DNA of 64,000 bases, taken from Trichosphaerium sp. ATCC 40318. Taxonomy: Eukaryota; Protista; Tubulinea. Below the pieces are notes generated by a model that saw nothing but the letters and a program-made list of their open reading frames with translations, did not search any database and was not told the DNA's origin. The stretch lies in contig JALMLS010000194.1 of NCBI GenBank assembly GCA_038496445.1, forward strand, positions 124,001 through 188,000, in the 5' to 3' direction. Shown in pieces: positions 14,164-29,376 of the stretch (position 1 is its first letter; each line of letters opens with the position of its first letter). The position numbers were made by a program, and so were the translations under genes.

Positions 14164-14822
14164 ATGGCAGAACCAACAGACGATATAAACAATATATCCG
14201 AGGCATTTAAAAGCTTGACACTACATCAGAGCAACGGTTATATAGTTACAGCCCTTGCGTACCACGTTACAAAGCCAGGGTGTAAGGCAACAATTCGAAA
14301 AGAAAACCTGCTTAAAGCTAGAGCAACCGGCTACTACCAGAAGTACGACGGTCCCTTGAAAACACAGTCAGGTGCTCCAGCTGGCGTGTTCTTTTGCATA
14401 ACACCAACCAGCACAACAGGAGAGCTCCCAGCACCACAGTTTACCCAAACTTTTGTCGGGGAGAACAGCACATGGATAGATTGAAAATGCAACTGACAAT
14501 TTTGCTGGACATCAAACGCTATTCTTTTTTTCACAGCACAACAACATCCAACGTCCCTACTTCTAAGAACTACAAACAAACGCTCGTTGTAAGTTGCCTC
14601 ACAGATAGCACGCAATACCGCTTTTGCAAGAATCATTTTATTGAATTCCACCCAAGCGACTGTCACGATGGAGATCCACTCTGGTTCCATGACAACCTTT
14701 GGTTATGCCAAAAGATTCCAATATTCACTAATATTTGCATTTTACACTCAGTAAACCTTGATGTTGGTACCACGTGGGATACAGTTTGGAAGATAAAATT
14801 CAAAAGACGCCAAACCAAATAA
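14164..14822 (+). pseudogene. Intronless PHYHIP-C-terminal-like / ART-fold-like gene split by one frameshift (pseudogene or assembly indel)
   Basis: ORFs 14164-14484 and 14394-14822 overlap in different frames with no intron between them. Joined near 14430 they read YHVT...GVFFCITPTSTTGELP / STTVYP...QTLVVSCLTDSTQYRFCKNHF. Confidence 0.5.
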
Positions 14823-15037
14823 AATGTTCTTACCAAACGAATAGTGTTGTTAAATGCAATAAACGCCAGCGAAAACAATTTCCGTTTTTATGTGAAGTGT
14901 TTATTGCGCCAATTTCTCAGACGGAAAGCGATTTTGACAGTTAGTGGATATAGATCTATAAATACGTATTCAAAGATATTAAGCTGTTGTTGCAAAGTCA
15001 TTTCAATCGATATAATTACAAAACACGCACAGCCATC

Positions 15038-15785
15038 ATGTCAACACCAGACCTAAACATATCAGATTCTCTACCAAACGAGGAACAGTTGCACAATACA
15101 CGTATACTCCAATACCGCATTTCAACTGTTATTTTACAGCGTTTAAACGATTTGTGGAACAATCGCAACTATGGCACGCCAAATAACATACAAAGACCAC
15201 TAGTAGCCTAACTGCGCTAAATAGCCGTCATTGACGAGTCGTTTTACGTTGGTTGCACTTCTAGAAGTCCATTAGTAAGTAAGTACCGATTGCACATCAA
15301 ATAGCGGCTCAGCCCCACTCACTGTAATGTTCTAGACACTCTTGGCGTCTTGGACTTTAAACGCAAAATGGTTGGCCCACTTTTAGACGCGTTTCCAGAC
15401 TTGAGATGGATTAGTCATGAGATCATTAGTGATGGTATGCTAAATAGTCCTACATTGCCAAAACCGAGGGCTTTTATTGTCGATCGCGATCACAAATTGA
15501 CATTTTGGAAATCTAGGACAACACAACATCGTATCGAGGTGGACATTCAGCGGAACACATAAAGGTACGCTTTTTTACACTCTCTTCGTCCCGAGTCGTT
15601 AAAGGTACTGGCCAGGCAAACCATACGCTGGATTCAAACCCACCTGCCAAAAGGTTACATGGGAGGGTGTAAGCATCATCAGAATGGACGACGCTGGTCT
15701 CATAACGGAGATTCGTACTCTGTTTGACAGAAAGGCTTTATTTGATCAACTAGCATTGAAGACACCTCAACCAACTTCCACTTGA
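15038..15785 (+). CDS. SnoaL-like (NTF2-fold) ester/polyketide cyclase family protein
   Basis: Spliced product contains LLDAFPDLRWISHEIISDG-QHNIVSRWTFSGTHKG...PTCQKVTWEGVSIIRMDDAGLITEIRTLFD. Confidence 0.82.
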
Positions 15786-16024
15786 ACCAAGCATTTCATT
15801 AATATATTAATACGCTCAAATACAAGTCAGCAATGTAGCAATAAATTGTTTCTCCATCAATATCATCTACAGCAAAGTTAAAAAGGTGCCGTAGCTGTGC
15901 TGCAAATAAAAGAAAATACCAAAAGTATAAGGCGCTATCATCTTTGTGTCGTTGATCCTTGAGTGCAGCAACAGCCTAGAAAACTAGAGTATGTCAAGTT
16001 ACTCAACAAGGGCATTTAGCCTCT

Positions 16025-16205
16025 ACCTGTTGGCAGATGTTTCTAGGAACAGCATTGCGTGTAACAACTCTTTATGTGTTTACATGCGTTGTTTTTTAAG
16101 ATCTATCTTGGTACCGACTTGTATCAGTATTGGTATTTGTATCTCATCTTCTATCGCTTCGTTAACAGCCGCAATCCATGTCTCGGGAAATCAGCTTAAA
16201 TGCTC
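16025..16205 (-). pseudogene. Degenerate small GTPase (Rho/Rab-like) C-terminal fragment
   Basis: Minus frame reads FPETWIAAVNEAIEDEIQIPILIQVGTKIDLKKQRM*THKELLHAMLFLETSAN: G4 and G5 motifs with an in-frame stop. No P-loop found upstream. Confidence 0.55.
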
Positions 16206-16434
16206 TGTAACAACAAAACCAAGCGCCTGTACATTGCAGCGGCACTCGGTACCATACAAAAAAACCTAGTGATGATTGCCGTCTTTTCCTACCATCGGTC
16301 GCCAAAGAATGCCGGTTTGTAAGAACTTACATACGAACGATGTGCTTCCATTTCGTACAACTTATTTGAAAATTAAATTAACCGTTTTAGGATTGTCCAA
16401 TAAACAAGTTCGGTAATGATGAAACTTAGTTTAT

Positions 16435-16839
16435 TCAAGCTGCTTTGACAGTGACATAGGCGAAACAAGCCTTGGGTCTCTTGGAAATACAGTTGTTTCC
16501 AGACCACAACTTTTGCTGTTTTGGTGACGGCGTTACTGTGAATACGTGTGTTTCTTGGATTTCCGGCTTTAAGGCGAAAGTGTATGAGGTCGTGTGAGTT
16601 AAAGCAACCTTTTTGCGTCTGAGGAGTTTGAGGGAACTCTTGGTAACCATGCGCTTGTATGTGCATACCAAACGCTCTTTGTTTTCAATCTCTACACCAT
16701 CGAGTGCGTAAGTCTTCTTTTGCAGCTTGTACTCGCGTGGGCAGTTAACTTTCAACCCGTCCTTGTCGACACCTGAGTACTTCTGTTCGAATGCATAAGC
16801 AACGCTCAAGGTAATCAATAACACTGCTAGTTTGTACAT
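16435..16839 (-). CDS. Small intronless basic, Cys-containing protein with predicted signal peptide
   Basis: 134-aa ORF starting MYKLAVLLITLSVAYA|FEQ, with four Cys and a Lys/Arg-rich body. Confidence 0.65.
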   Translation of the reverse strand: MYKLAVLLITLSVAYAFEQKYSGVDKDGLKVNCPREYKLQKKTYALDGVEIENKERLVCTYKRMVTKSSLKLLRRKKVALTHTTSYTFALKPEIQETHVFTVTPSPKQQKLWSGNNCISKRPKACFAYVTVKAA

Positions 16840-17195
16840 GGCCAAAGATGTGTTGCTTTGTTGTACGTTTTGTGAACTGTTTTTGAAACACTGGCCCTTT
16901 TTTGGAAGGTGACCTAACGAGGACATTAAGAACTAAAAACCCAAAGCACTTGACGAGAGCTCTCAAAAGCGCTTGTGACACAAGAGACAAAAAAGCAAAG
17001 TATAGCAGGGAGGTTTTAATTTATTACACGTCCGTGTGTTGAGCTACAATGTACAAACACGTGAAAAAAAGGGAGACCATAAAAATTTAAATGCCAAGTG
17101 GTATTGTCTGTTGGATTTCACCGGATACAGTGTGGGGGGTTTTGGTTTTTTTTTTTTTGTGTGTATCTTTTGTTGTTGGATCAAACCCGTTAGAC

Positions 17196-20923
<3,728 letters not shown>

Positions 20924-21012
20924 TTTAGCGTTGGTTTATCAGAAAAAAATGAATAGCGCCAAGTCAAAATACTTCTAACTCGAGTCGAAACAAAAAAAAA
21001 CGGCTCTTGATT

Positions 21013-21814
21013 ATGTCACAGACAAAAGAGCAAAAATTGGTTTACGCGTGTTCCCGCGGTTACTTGGAAGACTGCAAAAGTGTTCTTGGTACAAAACCAA
21101 ACCTTGATTATAAGGTACGCTTCCGTTCGTGCTACAAGCAATTTTAGGTACTAAAAAATGGTCTCTAGGATGGTTTGGGTAACACAGCTTTGCGTGCGTT
21201 ATTAAAGACACCTTGCCCGCTGTTTTGCTCATTATTTCGTAGATTACGCCGCCGGCGCTGGCCACATATCTATTGTCAAGGTACGTAGTGTAACTTTTTT
21301 CGTGGCGTCAGTTTTTAACGTTGTACCAAGGCTTTGCTTAAAGAAGGTGCTACCGATTGTTTGTTGTACGTGAAATGTAACGCTTTAGCTAAGGTGCGAA
21401 GCCAATGATAAAGAATAAGCAAGGAAACACGTCACTCCATCAAGCTGTGTTCAGAGGTAACTTGGTACGTATTGAACATTTTAAACCTTGTTTCTTATTT
21501 ATTGACATATTCATGAACAGTCAATCGCCAAGTGTTTAATAGCTGCTGGCGCCACTGAAACCGAAAACAAGGCTGGGCACTATCCAAGCGAATGGGTGCG
21601 TTTTGTGACATTACCTAGAGTGTCCCCACAAACTCACAAATACTTGGTGTACCACTAACTGACACAACAAAGGCAAATACTCCAGAACTTAAAAAGATCT
21701 TTCCTGAACGTCCAGGAGGTGGTACGTTCGATCAGTGTTCTGTATCTTGGTTTGTTTTCTAATACGGTAATCAATCCAGATTTCGACTTTGGTGATGACT
21801 CTGACGACGACTAA
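21013..21814 (+). CDS. Small ankyrin-repeat protein with acidic tail
   Basis: MSQTKEQKLVYACSRG...DGLGNTALHYAAGAGHISIVKALLKEGA...NKQGNTSLHQAV; ends DFGDDSDDD*. Confidence 0.82.
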
Positions 21815-22117
21815 ACTTACTGTACTATTGAGATGTTGGAGTAACCATGTTTGTCTACGTAATAAACGAAAGTTGCGTTAATTTTGGTTTGCCATAGAAT
21901 AAAAACAATGAAATGTCGCCCAAAAGCCGTTATACACCACGTGCTCATTCCACACGCTTCTTTGTTACAACCTTAACACGCAAGTAAGGTAAAATGCAAC
22001 ACTACGTTATTTGGTAGGTGGCAGATTATTTGAAAACCTGCTTTGACTTTCCGCTTACTCTTGTTATTTTCCAATCTTAAACCCATCTAGTGTTAAAGTA
22101 GCACCTAGATATTTATA

Positions 22118-24683
22118 ATGGACCACTCTCACATTGGTTTGTGCACCAAAAATACTATTTTGCTCTTATTGATTGTCTTAGATGTCGTCTCGACGTCTAA
22201 CCACTACGACGAGGTCATCAGAGGCATACAGCAAATTTATGATCAAAAGATCAAGCCTGTCGAGCTGAAATACAAGTTTTCAGACTTTCATAGCCCAGTA
22301 CGTTGCTTCGGTTGAATGTTCTCAAATTTTTGGTTTCACACCCCTCAACTCTCCTGTAATACGCATTTTGCGCTTTTATTCGATTACGAACGCTATATAC
22401 CATGTCCGAACCATGTATTGCGTGGGGTAAAGTGCCTTTCAATTACCCCATGGAATCACGCTGCCAAATATTTACTAGCGCAATTTGACACCCAACCATC
22501 AACATCCTATCACTAACAGTACGTGGTAGACTTTGCGTCACTCGGACATTCATGCCAAACCTATGGTCCTGCTACTCGGTCAATACTCGGTACACCCACT
22601 GGCAAGTTTACTTTGTAATCTTTTTTGTAGGTTGGTAAAACTTCATTTATTGAGTATCTACTTGAAAGGTACGTAAAGAGTTCCAAATTAAAAAAAACTT
22701 GGGATTGACTGACACTACAGGCAATTCCCTGGTATGCGCATTGGTCCTGAGCCTACAACCGATCGGTTTGTGGCTGTTATGAAGGGAGAAGAAGACAGGT
22801 ACTCAGTTCACTAGCATGGTCGTCCTCAGGTGGCTTATCTATCGCGTAGAGTTATACCTGGAAATGCGTTGGCTGTTGATGCTGAAAAACCGTTTCACGC
22901 GCTAAACAAATACGGTGGTAATTTTTTATCTCGTTTTGAGGTATAACAACGTCCTTTTATTGACCAGAAACATCACATTTCTAACTACTTTTTTTTTGCA
23001 TAAAGGCTGCAGAATGTACGGCTCCTATCTTGGACCATGTTACGTTCATCGATACACCGGGCGTACTGTCTGGAGAAAAACAGCGTATTGGAAGAAAGTA
23101 TGATTTTGAAGGTAAGTTAAAGCACGTGTTTTGAATTTCGTATTGTTTTGTTGACTTGTGGCATAGGCGTCGTAAGTTGGTTCGCAGAGAGGGTACTATT
23201 TATTATACTTGGTTTTCCTGTGCAACGCGCAGTTGTCATTAATGTTCCGTTACACAGGCTGATATTATCCTTTTGCTGTTTGATGCCCATAAACTGGATA
23301 TCTCTGATGAATTTCGCCGCACAATTGAAATTTTAAAAGGTAGTCTCACTTTATTCACAACTTTGGTTTTTCAGTTGCAACTGCTAACAACCTTGGATCA
23401 ATAGGTCACGATGAAAAAATTCGTGTTGTGCTAAATAAGGCCGATGCGGTGAGTAGCCAGCAGCTCATGAGAGTGTACGTCCACACAATTGAGTCATGTC
23501 CAAAAAAAAGGGTTATCGTTAGGGTTAACTATTGTTTTAAAGGTATGGCGCCATGATGTGGTCCCTTGGTAAAGTTGTTCAAACACCTGAGGTGATGCGC
23601 GTATACATCGGTTCGTATTGGCACCAGGAGTATCAGAACAAGGCCTTTGCAGAGCTATTTAAAGCCGAACAGACGGTACACTAAAGTGCTTGAAACTTCT
23701 GGGTGATGTCTTATTGGATTGTAGGATTTGATCAAAGATTTGAAAGCCTTGCCACACAACTCGTCTATCAGAAAGATCAACGAGATTGTTAAGAGAGCGC
23801 GTCAAGTAAAGGTTCACGCTTTTATCGTAGGACATTTGAAGGTACCGTATATGCTCATTTGCAGAAGATTGTATGATTTGATCTAAACACCTATTATAGA
23901 AACAAATGCCGGTCTTTGGAAAGGAGAAGAAGCAAAGACAATTGATTCAGAGCTTGGAACAACAGTTTATCGATATTAAACGTATCAACAAGTTACCACC
24001 AGGTGACTTTCCTCCATTGCAAAAGATGCAAAAGCTCCTTCAAGATTACAAATTCGACAAATTCGCAACTTTCGATCCTAAACTTGTTGCACGTGCGTCT
24101 GGCACTCTAATGTTCCTCCTTTGTTGATAACAATGATGTCGCTTACACATGCGTTTAGAGATTGATAAAGTACTGAGCCAGGAGCTTCCTCAACTGATGA
24201 AGGCTGTTTCTCCTCCAGAAGAGGAAGAGTTGAATCCATTCGCGTCAAATAGAGAAGAAGATGAATGGGAGATTACACCTCAACTATTGCACAAGTACCA
24301 AAAGACGTTTATGAAATACGCAACCGACGGCAAGGTAAAAACAAGCTATACTCTACTGTAAAGTCGTATTTGTTTTTATTAATCCACGTTAGATGTCTGG
24401 AAGCGTTGCGCGTGTGCCTTTGATGAATACAGGCGTGCCAAAGAATCTTTTGCGTCAAGTATGGAATCTTTCAGACATTGATAGAGGTATGTATCATCTA
24501 TGTGTATCCACGCCACATCAAAACATATTATTTTTATTGTGTTATAAACTTATTCGCTATCCAGACGGCTCTTTGGATCTGGATGAGTTCGCTGTGGCAA
24601 TGTTCTTGTGTCAAAAGGTAAAGAAGGGCAAGCCTTTGCCAGCAGTGTTGCCTTCGCGCTTGATTCCACCTTCTAAAAAGTAG
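22118..24683 (+). CDS. EHD: EH-domain-containing dynamin-like ATPase (EHD/RME-1)
   Basis: [68 protein letters not shown] and a C-terminal EH domain (VWNLSDID...DEFAVAM). Confidence 0.93.
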
Positions 24684-25220
24684 TGTGACAGTGCTAGATC
24701 CTTTTTTTTCCAACTTTCAAAAAAAAAAAACATTTCCAGAGGACCACTTGTATTAATTAGCACACGCGGAAACGCAGCCATTTCACATAATTGTTTTGGT
24801 GGTAGTTAAATAAAAACAGTATATATAATACAAATCACTGCTTTCTGCCCTTGTGTGCACTCGTATCTATCACTCATCACTACCAGATATACTACTGCCT
24901 GCAATTGAGTTGCCAGGTGGTCACTACATGTGCTGTGTAACCGAGTAGCCGGATACAGTTTCCATCCTGAAAAATGTTGGGATGGCGGTGATTGCATAAA
25001 ACAAGAATAAAGAACATTGCCAGAAGGCGGGAACAAGTTTGTAAAACGTCAAGAAAGGCATGCAAGCATGAACTGAAAAGAATTCTCATCGCGTTTTCTA
25101 CTCAAAACACCTAATGCCATTGTTTGGCGGTGTGTACACTACAAGAGGAAGACGGTATGACTTAAGCCAAATCAATAAATAATTCTTTTAAGTTGGCCGA
25201 CGGGTTAAATAAGTTTTGCA

Positions 25221-26020
25221 ATGTTAAAGGTCGGTCGCAAGCGCTCTTTTGATTCTCTTGCAAATTCCCCGCATTACTCGCCAGCCCAACAACCAGTTCG
25301 CGAGAGAGCGTTCCATGCGTCGCCCTACAAACGCCAACGCAAAGAAGAGCCAAAAGAACAAACAATTAACACACAGGAGCCTAACGTCAACCCAGCATTC
25401 CCTAAGAGTAATTTTTCCACCAACAGTACGCCTAAAAAACCAAACCAAGCCAACCATCTCGTTAACCATTCGCCTCTAGACGTTCCAAAACAAAAATGGC
25501 TCGAGTGGACGCCGCAACGCCGTAGAAAACACCTAATGAAAACCACTTTCTCGTCCTCTGAGAAGATTTTCACTTTTGACGACGTGAGAGCCTTCATTGA
25601 GAAGGCCGTCCAAGAAAAAGAAGAGTCGTTGAGAGCGGAGTACACCCAAATACTTGAAGAACGCTTACAAGGTACCTAAAAAAACCCAAAACTAAATTTA
25701 TGGGCAGATTTCTTCCCGCTGTTGCGTTTTACGCTTGCGTAAGGCACTTGATTCCACACAACAATTGTATTGCAAACTAAATTGAAACGGTCATATTTTT
25801 TTTTTTCGTTTTTTGGTTTTTAACCCCTTCGCTCTAGAACAGTACCAGTTATTCACAAACTACAACAGAGACCACATTAATCGCCAAATGTCCGAGAGGT
25901 AAGCAGTGTTTTCCACGTTTTATTTGTTGTTTTCGCTTCTTTTTTTTTTTTCTTTTTCTTTTTTGTGGTTTGAACACTCTTTCTAACATTCTTTTTAGTA
26001 CCTTCTCGTACATGAGCTAG
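25221..26020 (+). CDS. AKIRIN: Akirin
   Basis: N-terminal KR...SP-KRQR, FTFDDVRAFIEK...LRAEYTQILEERLQEQYQLF, and the C-terminal SYMS* motif after splicing. Confidence 0.85.
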
Positions 26021-26248
26021 CAACAGCGACTCAAAACCATCATAGAAGAAAAAAAAAAACGAAACAAAAAATCCAATCCTTTTTTTCAGCAACCCCAACT
26101 ACTACCCTGTACATATGTAAAACCTGCGTTTTTAAATGTAAAATTAATCATACTCGAGTAAAGAGATCTATTTACAAGTATTTGGTCGTTTTATCCAACG
26201 TCTTTCAGTTGAAAGTTTTTTCCTGATGATCACAAAACTGATCACTTT

Positions 26249-27665
26249 TCAAAAAAATTTGGAATTTTGTGTCCATTTGTTCTCGAAATCTGCCTTCCAC
26301 AATCTCACAGCGCCGTCGTCTCCAGCAGAGGCTAATGTAGTGCCAGTGATATTCCACATAACGGTCCTACGTACGCGATTAAGATGAATCGTAGTTGTCA
26401 CAACGGTTTTTGCGTACCATACTTCGGCATCGTGGTTGAACGTTGCTACTTCTTTGCCTAACAGAAGCCATGTCAGTGATGACTATGGGGTATTGTTGTT
26501 TGTTACCTTGTAGCTTTCCGGGTTTATCCTTGTGTGCCCGTATCTCCCAGATTTTTACTTTTTTGTCTTTGGACGCAGTCGCCAGCAGGTGGTACGATCG
26601 TCCTAGATCTGGTGCCCAATCAATGTCGTGAATCACGTCTGTGTGGCCATTTAGAGTTTCAACGATGACCCACCTAATGTAGGTCATGAGCAAGTCCAAT
26701 CTTGTTGAGACGGTTTTTGTTTCTCACTTTTTTTGTGTGCTGTTGTATTCCCAAATCTTGATGATGGTGCCACTGCCTGTTGCAATGATAGGCTTGTCGA
26801 ATGGCGATTTATTCCATGTCAAACATTTTACGCCCTCCTTCTGTCTTTCAAACTCGGCCTGTGCTTCATTCAACAAAAAGAGCGCGTTGCCAAAATATAA
26901 TCAAAAAGTTGGTTGACAAATTGAATTAATTTGATGATGTATTTTTGTGTGATGTAAGAAGAGGTTGTGTCATGTGGCGTACTGTCAAAGACCACTGAGA
27001 TAGCTTCGAAATGTTAATTGCTTCGTAGATGCGCACTATATCATCACCAGAACACGACGCCTGAACAAATCGAGTTGGCATGGCGGTTAATAACAAAACG
27101 TTTTTTTGAAAAGCGCGCTACGCAAATCCCATAATTCAAAAACGAATTGGCTGTAAACGTACCAAGCGCAAGCCCAAGTGTCGAGGAGCGAATTTAATGC
27201 CGTGAACTGCCTTTCTACAATCTTGCAAACTAGCCACCTACACTTGCCGTCAAAACTCATCTCCGCGTGGTGTCGTACCTTCTGCCATGTTTTTTTACCA
27301 TTGGAACCTGCGTTGGTGTAAGTTAAGCACATTGAGACACGCGAACGATTATTTTGTTTAAAAATGCGTTAATTTCGTTAAACAGCACCTTCTTGTTCTT
27401 CCCAGATGTAAATATTTTTATCTGACGAACACGACGCTATGAGCTGTCCAAACTCAGGGTGAGCCCAAGTGACCTTCCAAATAGGCCCTGTGTGCGCTTT
27501 CCACACTGACGTGTTTTCCCACGATTCTTCTCCGTTGACAAGCTTTTTGTCCCATATTTTGATGGTTTGGTCCGCTGAGCACGTCGCTATTCTGTTTCCA
27601 TAAAAATCGTACGCAATATCGTAAATAATGTCTTTGTGACCAGTTCCAAACCGCTTGAACAACAT
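26249..27665 (-). CDS. SEH1: Nucleoporin / GATOR2 WD40 subunit Seh1
   Basis: [74 protein letters not shown]. Confidence 0.93.
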
Positions 27666-28719
27666 GGGTACAACCCAAGTACTAGTATGTATCTGTTGCT
27701 TGTTAAATACGTGAATTGAAGAAAGTGGATGTTTATGCCTTAAACTGTCATTCAATTAAGCTGTTAATTAAAAATAGCCATTGGATACTTTCACAATTAA
27801 AAGTTATATGTTTTCAATAGTTAAACAAAGCTGAAACTGGAGTTGGCATTATTTATCAAATATTGCATTTGGTTAAAATCAAGCATAATAAAGCATACAG
27901 TAGGCATTTCATGAAACACAAGCAGCAACTGCTTATGCAATGCCAGCATTAATCAAGCATTTCAAGACATGTCTTTGGCATTAACCATATGTAGGCAATG
28001 CCAAAACCTTTTTCATTCAATGAAGACATTTAATTGTTCATGTTTGTATACTTTTAAGGGTATTGAATGAAAATGGTGGTCCACTATTAAATGGCATGTA
28101 GTGCTCTTAGTATTTTATCAATTCTAATGAAACCAGCTCATTTGAAGTGCAGCACCCAAATACACCTGAAAACATGGCAAAAGTAAATCACATATACTAC
28201 ACAGGTGATAGAAATTGTTATAACAATACTGTAGAACTTTTTTTGTAATTGTATACATGTTGTAATGCAAATAAACACAAGTTTGATGTCTGATAAATGC
28301 TTGCATTATACCTGAATAATGATTGCTTTATGCACAGAATTTGAAGGGTTAAATGCCTTGTTTATGCTTGGAATCGTTGTGTACTGGATTCAGGCACCTA
28401 GCAGGCATTTGATTAAAAAATGCCTGTTAAAAAAAAAAAAAAAAAAAAAAAAATGCCTGTTTTTGGCCAAATGCCTGGTTTATGCCAGTTTTTTTTTTGG
28501 CATCTATCTACCAGGTATTTGGCCTTAAAAACAGGCTTTTAAACAACATTTAGTAGCATTGCTTCCTTTTGTACCTTGTGGAGTCACTCCAAGATGATTT
28601 TGATGTGGTAGACCACTCTCCACTAAGAAGATGTGCCAAGCACTCATGTGATGACTGCATCATCAATAGCATGTAGTTGCTTCTAGCTTCAATATTGTAA
28701 TTGGGATTTAACACATACA

Positions 28720-28835
28720 AAACACATATGTGCCACATACTTTACACATGTACAATACACATACATGGCACATATTGTTGAAATGTACAATACCTGTACA
28801 TGTCATGTACTTTTCACACATACAATACATGTATG
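28720..28835. repeat. Degenerate ACATAC/ATGTAC tandem array (probably decayed ACGTAC units)
   Basis: cacatac, catgtac and tgtacaatac units repeat about ten times with no CpG. Confidence 0.55.
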
Positions 28836-29279
28836 TTAAATTAAATAAGTAAATTTTTTTTTAAAAAATTGTATCAACAGTTTCACTGTGCACATCATAA
28901 TAAACCATACTATTTTCTATTGTTTTTGCCTGAAAAAGGGCCCCAAACCCCAAACTGCCACAAAACCATGCATCATACCTAATAGTGGGCCATACTTCAT
29001 TTTTTAAAGGATTCGTACTAGTAGACCTGAGTTATTCACGAAAAATAGGAAAATCAAGAAATTGATATTGGTTTTTGGGTATTTTTAGATTTTTCCACCT
29101 ACTTTTAAAGCCATGCCAATACAAACCTAATTACTGTTTGCTTGGGTGAAAATACATGTTTTATAGTTAACAATCAGATGATCAGCTTTGGGTTGAGTTT
29201 TGAGTTTGCAATTTTTTTATTTTTGAATTTTTGGCCAAATTTCTATTAAGGACAAGTCATGGTTAAAACACACAAATGA

Positions 29280-29376
29280 CATGTTTTGGGCATGTTTATT
29301 GCAAATATACAACATGCAAATGGCATGTTTTGGACACATTTATTGCAAATATACAACATGCATATGGCATGTTTTG
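29280..29376. repeat. 44-bp tandem repeat, about 2.2 copies
   Basis: catgttttgggcatgtttattgcaaatatacaacatgcaaatgg followed by catgttttggacacatttattgcaaatatacaacatgcatatgg. Confidence 0.85.

Noticed and set aside
24760-25100. Minus-strand ORFs 24806-25036 and 24892-25089
   Set aside because: No family motif and no supported exon structure; left unannotated.
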